Source: Catajapyx aquilonaris
Taxonomy: Eukaryota
Direction: 5' to 3'
Assembly (NCBI GenBank): GCA_000934665.2
Contig: KZ538509.1
Location: 1-64,000, forward strand
DNA: 64,000 bases
The translations under genes and the position numbers were made by a program. The notes under the pieces were generated by a model. The model worked only from the letters and a program-made list of their open reading frames with translations. It was not told the DNA's origin and did not search any database. How positions within the stretch are numbered: the stretch's first letter is position 1; every line of letters starts with the position of its first letter. Shown one piece after another: positions 39,889 through 52,200 of this stretch.

Positions 39889-40112
39889 TGGTTGATTTGG
39901 TATGTTGGTTGTAACAAAGCAACTAAGGCTATCTGGCATTCGTGTGATGGGTTTTTGATAATGGGAGGAAACGGGAGAACCCCGAGAAAACCCACGCAAA
40001 CAAGGCGAGAACCCATCGAAACTCTTTCACACAAGTGTCCTCCGTCAGACCCGGGGATCGAACTCGGGACCTTAGAGATGGAAGGCTGTGGCGTTAACCA
40101 CTACACCACCCC
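39889..40112 (-). mobile_element. SINE family S2 head and core with a different, (CAAC)-rich 3' tail
   Basis: Head and core closely match 18504-18772; 15-bp TSD TACTGGACGAATAGT (39874-88 / 40113-27); minus-strand 3' end ...CCTTAGTTGCTTTGTTACAACCAACATACCAAATCAACCA. Confidence 0.9.
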
Positions 40113-43083
40113 TACTGGACGAATAGTAGGTCTACTGGCAATCCCTGACATTGAAAAAACTACAGGGTCAGTTCTAACATGAATTTTGCCTGTAATGTTC
40201 CGATGATTTGTAAAAAGTATTATGAATATACCGATTAACTTTGATAGGGTACGAATTAGGGCACTCATTGCGTCAAATTACATTTACGTAATACGTGCAT
40301 CCCGTACCTGTATGGGCAATGGCTATACAACTCTGACGGGAATAAGAGAAGGAGGTGACTGTATAGTGGATTCTTTTGACTGCTTGAACTTGAAAGTCTC
40401 ACGGGCTGTCTCGGATTCAATTGTTTCATTGTCCTACTGTGTCGCAGTATTGTGCCATAAAGTGACATGGGGCAACCGACACGTCCGCTCGATCGTGGTG
40501 CAGATGCCCTGCATCCGCCAAATGTTCCTGTCAGTTCTCTTCTGCGGGGAGCATAAAGACTTAGAAGGAAATTATTATTCCTACTGCTAGAGACACAAAA
40601 TGGACTATGTCTGGCACAGCCTCCCATCGAATCTGGTGCACTCTCATTTGATCTGTTGTTGATGGCCATTATCTAAGCTGGAGGTCGATTCTAATCAATG
40701 ATTTCCTCCTCTTTGGCGTTAATTTCCCTTCGATATGGCGCTTTGTTGCATTAATGGTTAGAATAAGCAATGATTCAGTGGAGTCGTAATAAACAAACCT
40801 GTTGGATATGCTGCAGCTGGGTTTAATAGAAGCTTATGGCAATATTCGTCTGTGAAATAGGTATAGATCTGCAATACTGTATAGGTAGTAACCACGACAA
40901 CTTGGAACTCAAATCTGAATGAGTGATTACATTGACAGCCAGAAGTTGATTGCTTGAAGTGCCAATCTACCGCAGGTGGGATGCACTCACCGAAGTTTCG
41001 CATGATAATATATGGGTTATCCGTCAGTGAGTACATGACAGGGAGGGCAACTGATGGCAGTGGATGTAGCAATAGAATTTTCCAGTCGATGAAGTTGCCA
41101 ATCTGCGGCCAAATGATCTGCGACAGGATCTGCTCTCAGCTGTATCCCCTGGCGGCATGTAATGTAGCCGCAAAACAGAGCGTCCAACACTGTCATTCAT
41201 TGGGCCCTCGGGGGGCTTTGAAAAATCATTCCATGCCACTGGTCGAGTGTAACCATTTGAAGAGGGTGCAATGGAACGGGTCACTCTCAAGAGCACATCA
41301 TTGAATTTACCGGAGCTGCGGAGCCAGACCCTGACTCTGAATTATTCACAAGACTGATTTAGCCAACTGGGGGCGAACGAATGGTTGTCACGTTAGTGTT
41401 TGGAGCAGACTGCCTGGAATTGAACCAACCCGAGGTAGATCTGTCAGGTGTTACAACGTTTGGCCTGCTCTATTTTGGAACAGGAGACAACATTGGTCGC
41501 ACACCACTAATTGATCCTTTTCCTTAACCAAGCGAATTGATCACAGTATATACAGTATATATAGGCCTATAGGCATCCGGGTGGCTTTCAGGCAAAAACT
41601 AAACCAGAACAGTATGTACAGAGGACAATGCGTGCCTACTCGTGCATGATATTTTTGTTTGATGTTGGGCACACATAACTAGTGGACCTCTTGCAACTGC
41701 ACAAACAGCAAATCTCTTTCAACTGTCCCCTTTCGTTTGTTCGAGTACTGCGGCTGGTCCAATTAATCACGCCATAACCAAAGTTGGGCTCAGGTAATTA
41801 ATTTTGCAGGAGGACATGTGAGTGTAGCTTGGGCAAAATGGGATGACCTAGCCACCTTTTGCCACCCTTCTATGAATGCCAACCTACCCCCTACTGCCCC
41901 CCCCCCCCCCGAAAACAGATGCGGCTATTTATCAGCAGTGGCATGCCCGACGCGCTCCTTCAGATCGAGTTAAACGGCGCCCACTTGACGATGATAAAAG
42001 CCGAAGCTCCCCGACTCCATTTACTTTATGGCCAAGAGTAATGCCCCTTCATTTCATATCCCAGTCCAGGTGTAATAAGGGACATGAAGATGTCCTATTT
42101 GCCATAATGACGGGCCTTAAATCTTGCCTGTCGTATGGAAGCTTCGGATGTTCTGAGTCGAGCCGAGTGGCAGCAGGAATTGGCCGGGATATACGGGAAC
42201 TCGGGAAGCAGATATGGAACAAGTGCCACGAGCTTATCCCGCGGGCCTCTTTAATGGACCTACCTTGGTGATGTAGATTATGTGTAATGGGAAACCATTG
42301 GTGGGTTTTAGAGTAGAGTGGTGACAGATGCCCCTGATTGTAAAGGGGCAGTCTGTGTCAGAGCCATCTGGGAAGGGTTGGGGTAACAACCTTTACTGCT
42401 GCCGGTGGAACCGAATTTATTCATTACACCAGCTTGTTCGATTGTCTCACTTACCATGCACAATCATCATTAATTTAATTTCCCCCTTTACATTGCATTT
42501 TACATTGCATTGAAAAGCAACCCTCCACTATATTAATGGAAGTGCTGTACCTCCCTGTACTATTACAGTAGGCAGGAATGGTCCTAATGTCGCCTTTTGA
42601 GAACTGAATGTCTGAATTAATACCGCGCAAGTATGAAAGCTAAGATGGTGGAAAGGATGGGCAATTTACACATTTGTGTGGCTTGACGCACCCAACCAAG
42701 ACTGAGTACAGCCAGTTAAAATGAAGCTTGTCAGCACATTTCTTCCATATATACTCGTCGAGACTCCTCGAGAGCGATATGGACGCGCGGAACTTCTAAG
42801 CTAAATACACCAGAAAAGTCTCAGTATTAAGCTTTTAGTGCAACAGGCACAAGCCTTTGGCAAACAAAGAGAACTTGTATCATTTAGATTCCATCTCGTT
42901 CTCTTCGGAGAAGAAAACGGTGTTGTGCCTTTCCTCGTAAAATTTGACGTGCATGTTTGTACTCGGGCAAAGAAGAAAAATGAGACTTGGTGGGACCAAA
43001 TATGGAGTTTTTGGTATTCTAGGTTCAAATAAGAGTCAACATACTTTGAACGCTGAAGAGCTTAGAGGAATATCTGGTTAAAG

Positions 43084-43221
43084 CAAGGGGTTAACCACTC
43101 GACTGTAAAGTGTACACTGGAGTACCAAAATTCAAGGAGTACCAAAGAGTAAGGCACCTAAGGAGTACTTGGGAATACCACTGCAGGTGTACACCGGAGT
43201 ACCGAAGTGGTTAACCCCTTG
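43084..43221. mobile_element. MITE family B copy 1 (CAAGG termini, 8-bp TSD; P-element- or hAT-like)
   Basis: Perfect 16-bp TIR CAAGGGGTTAACCACT; TSD GGTTAAAG (43076-83 / 43222-29); internal GGAGTAC repeats. Confidence 0.92.
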
Positions 43222-44909
43222 GGTTAAAGCATTAACGCGTAGCTGTTGTTGATGGCCCATAGCATATGTAAAGTTAGGATTTTTTTAAAAGTAATATTCG
43301 GCTGATTCTAAGAAAGTAATCGACTGAATAATGGAGATTATAATAAGAATTAATACACCCCCACTATTTCAGCAATGTTCAATAAATTACCTTATTGTGA
43401 CTGAGGAAGTAGAAGGTTAAGCGCCATGATTAAATTCAAACTGCCATAGACCTGGAGTTCATTACTACGTTTTCCGTCCATTTTGGCGGACATTGCAAAG
43501 GGATTTTAGAGGCGCTTCTCTCCTACACAAGGGAAGGATTATTGTTATGCAGATAGCCCACAGGATTAGGCGAATTTTCCAGGCTGCCAGCCTTTCTTTG
43601 TGCACAAGCCTCTCCTGAATCCCTTCAGTGGTTCCCTAGAGCTTGCATACCTTGTACGTTTCGAATCGTCAATGAGAAGCGCAGGATAAAACTGCGGCCG
43701 AGCTGCGGCGCGCTCTCTAATCGACGGTGTTAAAAGTGAGGCTTGCCAAGCCTATACCCTTTAGCCAGTAATTCTTCCAAACCTGCTCTGTGTCAATTGG
43801 GACGTTATTCTGTGCATGTTCATTCCCGCAACGTTGGAAAATTGCATATTAGTTAACGTAATTGTGGCCATATAGTTTTGAGTTTAGTAGCTGCAACTGG
43901 GGACTTGACATAATAGTGTGAGGACAGGTCATGTTATAAGACACAAGTGCGGTGTGATAATTTCATTGGTTTGCACAAGAGTAGGGAAATGAGCCAGGAA
44001 GCCTCTTCTTTGACAAGTGGCAACTCACGCTAGGAATGGTAATGACTGTTCTCTGGAACTCGCATAGACATGTAATACGCCTTCCCCGCAGCATTCCGAT
44101 GGTGGTGAAATTCCTTCCATCTCAGCCTCCGGGTCGAAATAGAGCTGGGTGACCATGCCGAAGTCAATTTCTGAAACAATTTCAATACGCCCCCCTCTCC
44201 CGCCGTCCCGGGACACTCGCCAGCAAAACAACATGGTCCCGATTTTCCCTCAGTTTGTTCCGCTCCGAGGTGAGCATTTTTCTCACGTTGTCTGGCCCTG
44301 TACCTGTCGCCTCAGATAGCTGCGCGATTCCTACGTAATTAACACAATGAACAATGCAAATGAAGTTTGCAGCTGAAATTCGCAACGGCAGTCCGCACTT
44401 TGCCTATCTCGGGATGAGCTAGATGGGAGTCCTAATTGATTTCCAGACTACTCTTCTCCAATTAGTAATGTACGCGATCGGGCCCATTTTCCCAGGAGAA
44501 GGTGACTGCAGAATTATTTCCAAGATTGCTATTGACGTGCCGTCAGATTCAAACTTTTGGATCAGGATTTTTTTTAAAGAAGCTGATGAACTTGTCGATT
44601 CTGGAATAGCAGTACTTCGGTGATTAAGGACCGGTTGCACCAGCGTATGATTCAGGTACAGGCATGGGTCTACGCTTATTAGGATATTAATTGTTAGTTT
44701 ATTGCCAACAATAATTGGATGTTTTTTTTTGGATAAACCAAATATTCCAACTTAGTTTAACTTCAATTACATATTCAAACAACTGAATTCTACAAAAAAA
44801 TTGGCAAGAATATTGTCATCGTGAGCCCTTATCCATTTATTATTCAACCTGTATACCTGTACCTGAAAATTGCCCTGGTGAAACCGGCCCTATAAGTAGT
44901 AGATCGGAG

Positions 44910-44910
<1 letters not shown>

Positions 44911-44964
<54 letters not shown>
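44911..44964. repeat. (GTT)18 microsatellite
   Basis: Direct read; it explains the poly-T and poly-N ORFs in the track. Confidence 0.98.
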
Positions 44965-44965
<1 letters not shown>

Positions 44966-45906
44966 TCATGAAGGAGCCGCACGGTAGCCAACAAATGGGA
45001 AATGGTGCATGTATAGGGAAAAGGCTGATGTGGTAAGCATCGACTGTTAGCCATAATTGACGCATGGTCGTAAAAATGTGATGAACTAAAAACAATCAGG
45101 CGAAACAGGCTCATGCCGCGAAAGATATAACAGCATATTTTTATATGACATTTTTGGCGCCAGGGCGCCATTATTACCTCATTAATCTTTATCTCGGCGA
45201 ACGTTGCGTAATTAAATTGCATCATACCAACAGAAAATTAGACGGGTTCACATTGCCGCTCTTCTGACACTCGTTACGGTCGATACGGAGCAAAATTTGA
45301 ATGGTCCAATCACGTTCTCGTTGGTGGTGACGGTCACTGCGGTGCGTCCAGTATGGGAGAACGGAACTTTTTAGGTCCTAGCCTAGCGCAGTGTGAAAGT
45401 GTAACAAATACAAGGTGTCAGCAGATTCCCTTTAATGGCACACGGGATATAATTAAAGTACGTTCGCACCGTAATGACTATGAGGAAAACACCAGTCAGA
45501 ACAAGTCTTAAAAAAGAATCACTGACTTCAAATATGTGGTCAATTTTGGCAGTTGATGAGACAAGCAAATCGTGGCGGGATACAGTAGTATTGCTTCGCC
45601 CACGACACCTACCGCGGCTGCCGGGAACTTACCAGATTAAGGGCCAGTATATGATGGGTCATCCTCCTAGTGACCTAGTGGGAGGGAGATATTATGTTGG
45701 ATTTTTTTTCTGCTGGCATTAAGTTGTTGATTGCCATTGTTTTTTGTGGCCGTTTCGCCTCTTCACCACTATAGGCTCTGACTTTAAATAAGACCTCCTC
45801 GATAGCATTATTTTATTATTATATTACGCTCGTTATCAAAACTGGCGGTATACTTGGAATCAGTGATTTTTCGATTTTCAGAACCCAATTTGGCCGATGA
45901 CCAAAC

Positions 45907-46059
45907 CAAGGGGGTAATCACTCGACTGAAAAGTGTACACTGGAGTACCAAATTCAAGGAGTACCTAGGAGTAATAAAGAGTGAAGTACCTGAGGAGTAC
46001 CAGGGAGTAGCCTACCACTCGCAAGTGTACACCGGAGTACCGAAGTGATTACCCCCTTG
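45907..46059. mobile_element. MITE family B copy 2
   Basis: Perfect 16-bp TIR CAAGGGGGTAATCACT; TSD GACCAAAC (45899-906 / 46060-67); interior homologous to 43084-43221. Confidence 0.92.
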
Positions 46060-46464
46060 GACCAAACCCTTACTTAACCTGTATCGGACATCATTTGAAT
46101 ATAATGATGTTACCAATCAAGGAGACCCTTTTTCATTGATTTCCTCTTTTTCGCTATCGATCAGAGACGCCGCTCATTGTAACTGCAAGCTGTGTTTCTC
46201 AAGACGACAAATTCAGTTACTTAGTTTCTTATACTGTCATAGACACATTATGCAAATTGAATCAAGTAAAGCATGTCATCACCAATTTGATAAGGTAGCC
46301 TACTTAATGAGAAGACAATTTTGGGGAAATGTATTTCTTTCCTGCATCAGCATCTTGTTTGAACCCTCCTTTAGGGTTATTGGCACCAACCATAGAGCCA
46401 CACTTTATTTCAGTTTAATTCGACATGTGCCATTCTGTAAATTTATCGTTTCTTTGCCCATATA

Positions 46465-46547
46465 CAGCAAGCCCCCGACTTACGTAAGTGGATCGTTCCG
46501 CAACAATGGCAACATTATACGTAAATCGAATTTTACGTAACTCGGAC
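46465..46547 (+). mobile_element. Solo 5' end of a Tigger/pogo-like element
   Basis: TA-CAGCAAGCCCCCGACTTACG...CGTTCC followed by TACGTAA(A/C)TCG repeats, as in Tigger-type subtermini; no partner end seen. Confidence 0.5.
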
Positions 46548-46888
46548 ATGTTTTTATTATACAGTAAACTGTCGGAATAATTCTGAAGGTTATTTAGGTG
46601 CAGCTTGCGGTAAGAAGTTATCATTTTTGTATGTATCTATAGCAGAGGGCATCAAACGATCCCACCTGTTGGGAGCACCAAGCGCGGAAATATTGCATTG
46701 ATGTGCCTAATATATTATCTAAAGTGGGATTTTCAAGCTGACAAAGTGTCATTCATAATAAAGTGTGAATAATGCAAGCATAATGTATAAAATATTGATT
46801 TGAAAGCCTGCAAAATTTAAAATTCTAATGCCTTTCGCTTACTCCGCTATTAATAGGCCTAGTTTAGTACCTCGTCTTATATTCTCTA

Positions 46889-47067
46889 CACTGTAAACCG
46901 CGTAAAACATTAAAAGAGCATCTCATGGAACATCAATTTTTAATGCTCTTGTGATGCTTTTTAGCAACAAAAAAGCATCACAGGAGCATCACAGGAGAGC
47001 ATTAAAAATTGATGTTCCATGAGAGACTCACCAGTGATGCTCTTTTAATGTTTTGCGGTTTACAGTG
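46889..47067. mobile_element. Palindromic MITE with CACTGTAAA termini (CMC/EnSpm-like, TA flanks)
   Basis: Arms CACTGTAAACCGC..AAAACATTAAAAGAGCATC.TCATGGAACATCAATTTTTAATGCTCT inverted at the right end; TA at 46887-88 and 47068-69. Confidence 0.85.
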
Positions 47068-48983
47068 TAGTGAGACATTCTTGATCACATGAGACCTGTC
47101 ATGTTTGGAATGTCGGTACAGTACGTCTTACAAAGGCTACTCTGTCAATCCGTGGAGATGGAGAGCGTCCATAAAAATCTGACAGGCGGGGGCCCGTAGT
47201 TGCTAATGTATACAGTACCTGTCGATATTTTAGACTCCATACTGTATACAGTATAGCACCGAACGTCAGCGAAGGGATTACCATACCAGAGAAATACTGT
47301 AGACTGGAACATAAAGTGTACAATTTCCTTGAGATTTGTGGACTGTTATTTTCACCAAGATAACAGTTGCCTTTTTTTAAAGAAGTGATTGGGAGATGGG
47401 AAAGGGTGCATCCTATCTTTTGGTGTAATAATATTATCACCAAGAGCTAAATCACTCACCTAATTACCATTCAATTACATTTCTGGTTTACTGCGACTTA
47501 CCACATAATGAGTGGCTTATGAAATTAGTCGAAATGCCAAACACCATGAATGATAATCTTCTTCTTGTCATGATCATTTTTCCTGTAATCTAACTTGGGA
47601 GATCCTGGGGGAAGAGAGTAAAGTATTACTCTATAGCCAAAGATCCATATCAATGGTGCAAAGTGGCCTGTCAACAAAGCCTCATTAGCAAGTTGCAAGT
47701 GAAACTCCCAATTCGTGCCAGAGCAAATGCAACACGATAAAATGTAGATTACGAAATTCCGTACGCGTGAACGTCGATCATCGACCGACAAGTCGGAAAT
47801 TAAAATCAAGCTACCCTCTATAATTTTGTGCAGTCATATACATTGGCGTGCAAGTCAATTACCGACACCTCCACACCGTGCCAGATTAGTTGTTATCAGG
47901 CGTTATTTTCCTTTGATACTGTATTTCATAGTTGACTAAGACATTTTACTCCTGAAGACATGCTTATACTGACGTGTGATTCTTGAAAACGGTGAGTTAT
48001 ACAGATTGCGCCATTTCGGATTTAACCATTTATTTTCGACGAAGAAAGGATCCTCTCCAGCAAGATCATTTTTTCCTCGGACCCCCACAATTTTTAGTGG
48101 AAATTGTACCTAATAATGTAAAATGAAAAAGTGAGACAGTTTTGTCAAATCTATTCTGCTATTGTGAAAATCTGAATGTTACATTCACAATTTTGTAGAT
48201 TTTTGACTTAAAATCGCCACGAAAGGTGAGAAGAACCTGAAATCATTCTCACTGTAAAAAAGGCTATAAATTATATCACACCTGTACTAGCTTAGTTTTC
48301 ATAGCCTAAAACACAGTCACGAATATACACTGATCATTTGGAGCCATGCTCACATAGCCTGAGCCCTGGACACATTTATGAAGTGCAGTAACCAAAATTA
48401 AAACTCAGCAAATCCTCCTGACATCCTGCAATTACAGTGACATGCTTCGAAGGCATTATAACTGTATGTGAGCGTTTGCAACTTTTCACTTTCACACTTT
48501 TTTGATCCACAAAGGGTAGGCACAGGGTGCTGACCCAGCGGGGGCGACAAGAGGGCCCTCTTGCAAATGACTGAAATATCCGTAATGAAATGGGTGTGTT
48601 TCAATTACTGTTCACAGCAGCAATGAGCAGAAAGATAAAAGTGTAGCTCTCGTCAAAATGAACTTGTATGCCTACATTTGATAGCAAAAAGATGGGGGTG
48701 GAACAGGAGAACCAACGACTTCACTATAAAACTGGTGATAGCCCTGCCCCCGAGGATGTCATGATTGTCTGCTACTGTATATTCACGTTGGAGAAGAGAC
48801 ATTATCGGAATTTCAGTGAACTTGTTGGAGCTGCGTCTCCAACTTTTTGCTCTATATAGACGGTACATACGCGGGGCCCAATAATTTTTCACCTCATCCC
48901 CTGAAATGGTACCCAGAGTCATAGGAGCCTTTTGTGATATTTTCAATATATTACAATATTACATAATCTGATTTTTTTTTTTC

Positions 48984-49266
48984 GGGGCGGCATGGTGGTC
49001 TAGCGGTTACGCCGCTGGCCAGCCAAGCGGGAGGCCGTGGTTCAAATCCCGTCCCCGTCACCTCTGCTTGGCCGGGTCTTTTTCCGCTTTTCACCCGACA
49101 TGCCGGAGCAGAATTGCACTCCCTTCTCTGCTCGGGGCCAGGAGAAAAGGCCTGGTGTTAAAGAATGTCAGAAATGGCTATCGCACGGCGCCCTCCCTTG
49201 GGAACTTCCCCTTCCCCCCTAAGAGGGCCACGAGCTCTATCACGGGGTAACAAAAAACAAAACAAA
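48984..49266 (+). mobile_element. tRNA-derived SINE (family S3) with shared stem-loop tail and A-rich end
   Basis: A-box TGGTCTAGCGG, B-box GGTTCAAATCC; tail CCCCCCTAAGAGGGCCACGAGCTCTATCACGGGGTAAC(AAAAC)n; TSD ACATAAT(C/A)TGATTTTTTTT at 48961 and 49267. Confidence 0.88.
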
Positions 49267-52200
49267 ACATAATATGATTTTTTTTCTCAAAAGCACATAA
49301 TTCACATTTTACTGTCAAATCTTCCCTATATACTATTCACTGCCACACGCTGATTCACTATTGCTTTCCCTGTCCCACACAGGAATTCTGTGTTTTTTTT
49401 TACTTGACCTTATCGTCACTCACGGTTTTTCCAGATTTGCACTCGTGTTTCCTGATCACGAAGATATGTGAGGATAACAACAGTATTTGTGTCGATATAA
49501 ATCCTGATAATTTCTACGATGGTATATTTACTAGCGAGTTATATAGTAGGATATATATGTTGATGAGGCCTAATTTAGGGTCACAACCGACGTTTTCAGG
49601 GACCCATATTTTTGACGGTTTACAAACACCCACTTTGTCATTTTTACGACCACCCGGTGTCAGTAGGAATTAAGCAAATCCTGCTATTGGCCATCGCAAC
49701 CACGGCAGAAAACCAAACAAAATACGTCAGATTTGATGGAACCGGTGACAATATCTGCCAACCCAGATATGGTCACACAGGGGAAACATGCCTCCAGTCA
49801 ATGCAATGAGTCCCATGAAAGGCTCTTAGCAATCTGGACCTCACTGTCACCAACTTAGTAACATTTAAATGAACCGTCCGACCCTAACCCAATTACTCTA
49901 TAAAATCACTATCTTACTGTATCTTATTCTTAATTAACCTAATAAATGGACAGTTTTATGTGGGAAGTATGTTGGTGCTCCTAACCTTCAGGATGACATC
50001 TATTTAACGTACCTTTGGATCCTGATGATATTGGGTGCCCCTTCTCTCACACAATTATTTTGTTATACTCTCGCGGCTTTGTTATACTCGTTGACTTGTT
50101 GTGGTCGCTACTTTCAATGACAAAAGGCTTTATGCATAACTAGTTTAATATTAACCCTAGATATAGTGTTATACTCCTGTTATACTGACCTACGTGCAGC
50201 ACCAGAACATAATTGGATTGACCTTGTTGTTCTATTACACGCCCCGTATCATTAAGGCACGCATGTCTATAGAGTATCAGGCTCTTTGTGTCCTCACTGA
50301 CAATGCAGCGTTAATGATTTGCGTTGTCGTGTCCAAAAAAATAAGCTCTCTTCACCCATTCTGTATGATCTGTGTGGAGTAGCCTAAGTGAATAACTTGG
50401 TGCTCGCAACTGAGTTAGCCAGTACACAGATGTCATTCATGAGGTCTGAATAAATTACCTCAGAAAGTAAAGTTGTAAGTTACAACGAAAAACATTGCTT
50501 ACGTTGTGTAATGCAGTCAAGTCCTTATGACTATATTATGGAACATGGAGGCATTCAGCACAAAAAATTCAAATTACACGATAAAAAGATAAAATTGTAT
50601 TACTGTTATATAACATTATAAAAGTTATGAATCATAACTGTTTTTTGTGATTTGATAATCTTGAGAGTAATCCAACTGTAGAAGTGGTGCTTTTTTCGAT
50701 GATCCACAACTGATTGCAACTTTGTGTGCATATCATACTGTATTGTCACTATACAAGTACTTTGTGCTGAAAAATAAACAGCTGAATTGATTTTTTTAAA
50801 CAGTATGTGCTCTCCTTTAGGTAAAAAATCTCTCTGCTATTAGTACCAACTTTAAAGTGTGAAATTTGAACATTCTGCATAATGTTATGTCGTTTGAATG
50901 ATAAAGATTATGATACTTGGACTGGCACCGAATCCCAATGACGTCAGGGAAGCATCCATCTTCACTTAGGGCCACCAAAACCATTAAGCTCGATCACCAC
51001 CTGGCAACGCGACGACTATCGATCCCCACTAACCTAGCAGGTACGCAGTCAGGAAACAATAATTAATGTGACTATTAATCATGCCCGCAATTTTTTACTT
51101 TTCATACATAGGGGTTCACTTTATCAGATTGCGCCTTGAATCCCCGCCTAAAGGCAATTTGGCCAAAAAGCACTAATTCGACACAGGACTCCCCTTCCTT
51201 ACACTTGGGAAAAAGATTTTAGAACTAAGTGGCATTTGCTCCAGTTTCTCTGGTTTATTCATGGATTAAATTCGCCAGCTAATTTGGACATATCAAGGGA
51301 AAACAGTCAATCCATGCATATTTTAAAAGCGATGTCGCTGGAGTTTATGCAAAAATCCCAGATAATAACAGGAAAATAGGAATAATAACTTAATAATAAT
51401 TTAGGCGAGTACGTAGAAAACCTCTCTTACTTCGGCCCTCCTCTTACAGGTCTTACAGATACGTAACTTACAATTTGTACTCAGTACGGCTGTACAATAT
51501 ACCGTACAGTATATCAGAGTAATCATTGCTCTTGTGGAATCTAGTATAGATATCCATAAGGTAAAGCTGTTTCCTGTTATCCTTTTGAATACTTCGAAAA
51601 ACTTAATTCGTATTTTGACGTAATCTGTGCGCCAAATCCGCTACGAGAAATCGAGCATAATCAGTCAGTGTTATTTTCCTCGGCAGCCTGCATGAGTTAT
51701 GTCAAAAGAGGAAGAATATTCGTCCAAACGTGGTATTTAAAAATGGAAACTTTGAAGTTACACTCCAGCAAACAGGGACAAAATGGCTTCTTAATTAAGA
51801 GCATTGAAGCGTACATTGCAGACGATATTTCAGAGTAGTTCTAAATGATTCGCTAAAATTCATTGGAAACATTTTCTAAGGTAGAGTCACTCTAGTAATA
51901 TCAATAGAGGTGCCCTATAATTCTTGACTGATCACTTTTTAAATAGTGTGTGATACCATTCATTAATTTAGTAACAAATTGCTGCCATTTATGCATTCCT
52001 TTTCAAACCTGAAAATGTGAATTTTTATTTTCTTACAACGTAATTATTTACTGGCTCTAACGGGAGGAAATATCTGTTTAACTATGCGTTGTGGGCATAT
52101 GTTTCAAAAGATTTTTTCAATAAGACAGCACAATATTTGATATACTAACTTAGTTTTGGCCATAAAAGTTTTGATAAGATAACGTAGTGCGGTTGGCATG

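Noticed and set aside
44911..45010. (AAC)n-tailed retroposon 3' end on the minus strand
   Set aside because: No TSD or second copy was found, so it is kept only as a microsatellite.
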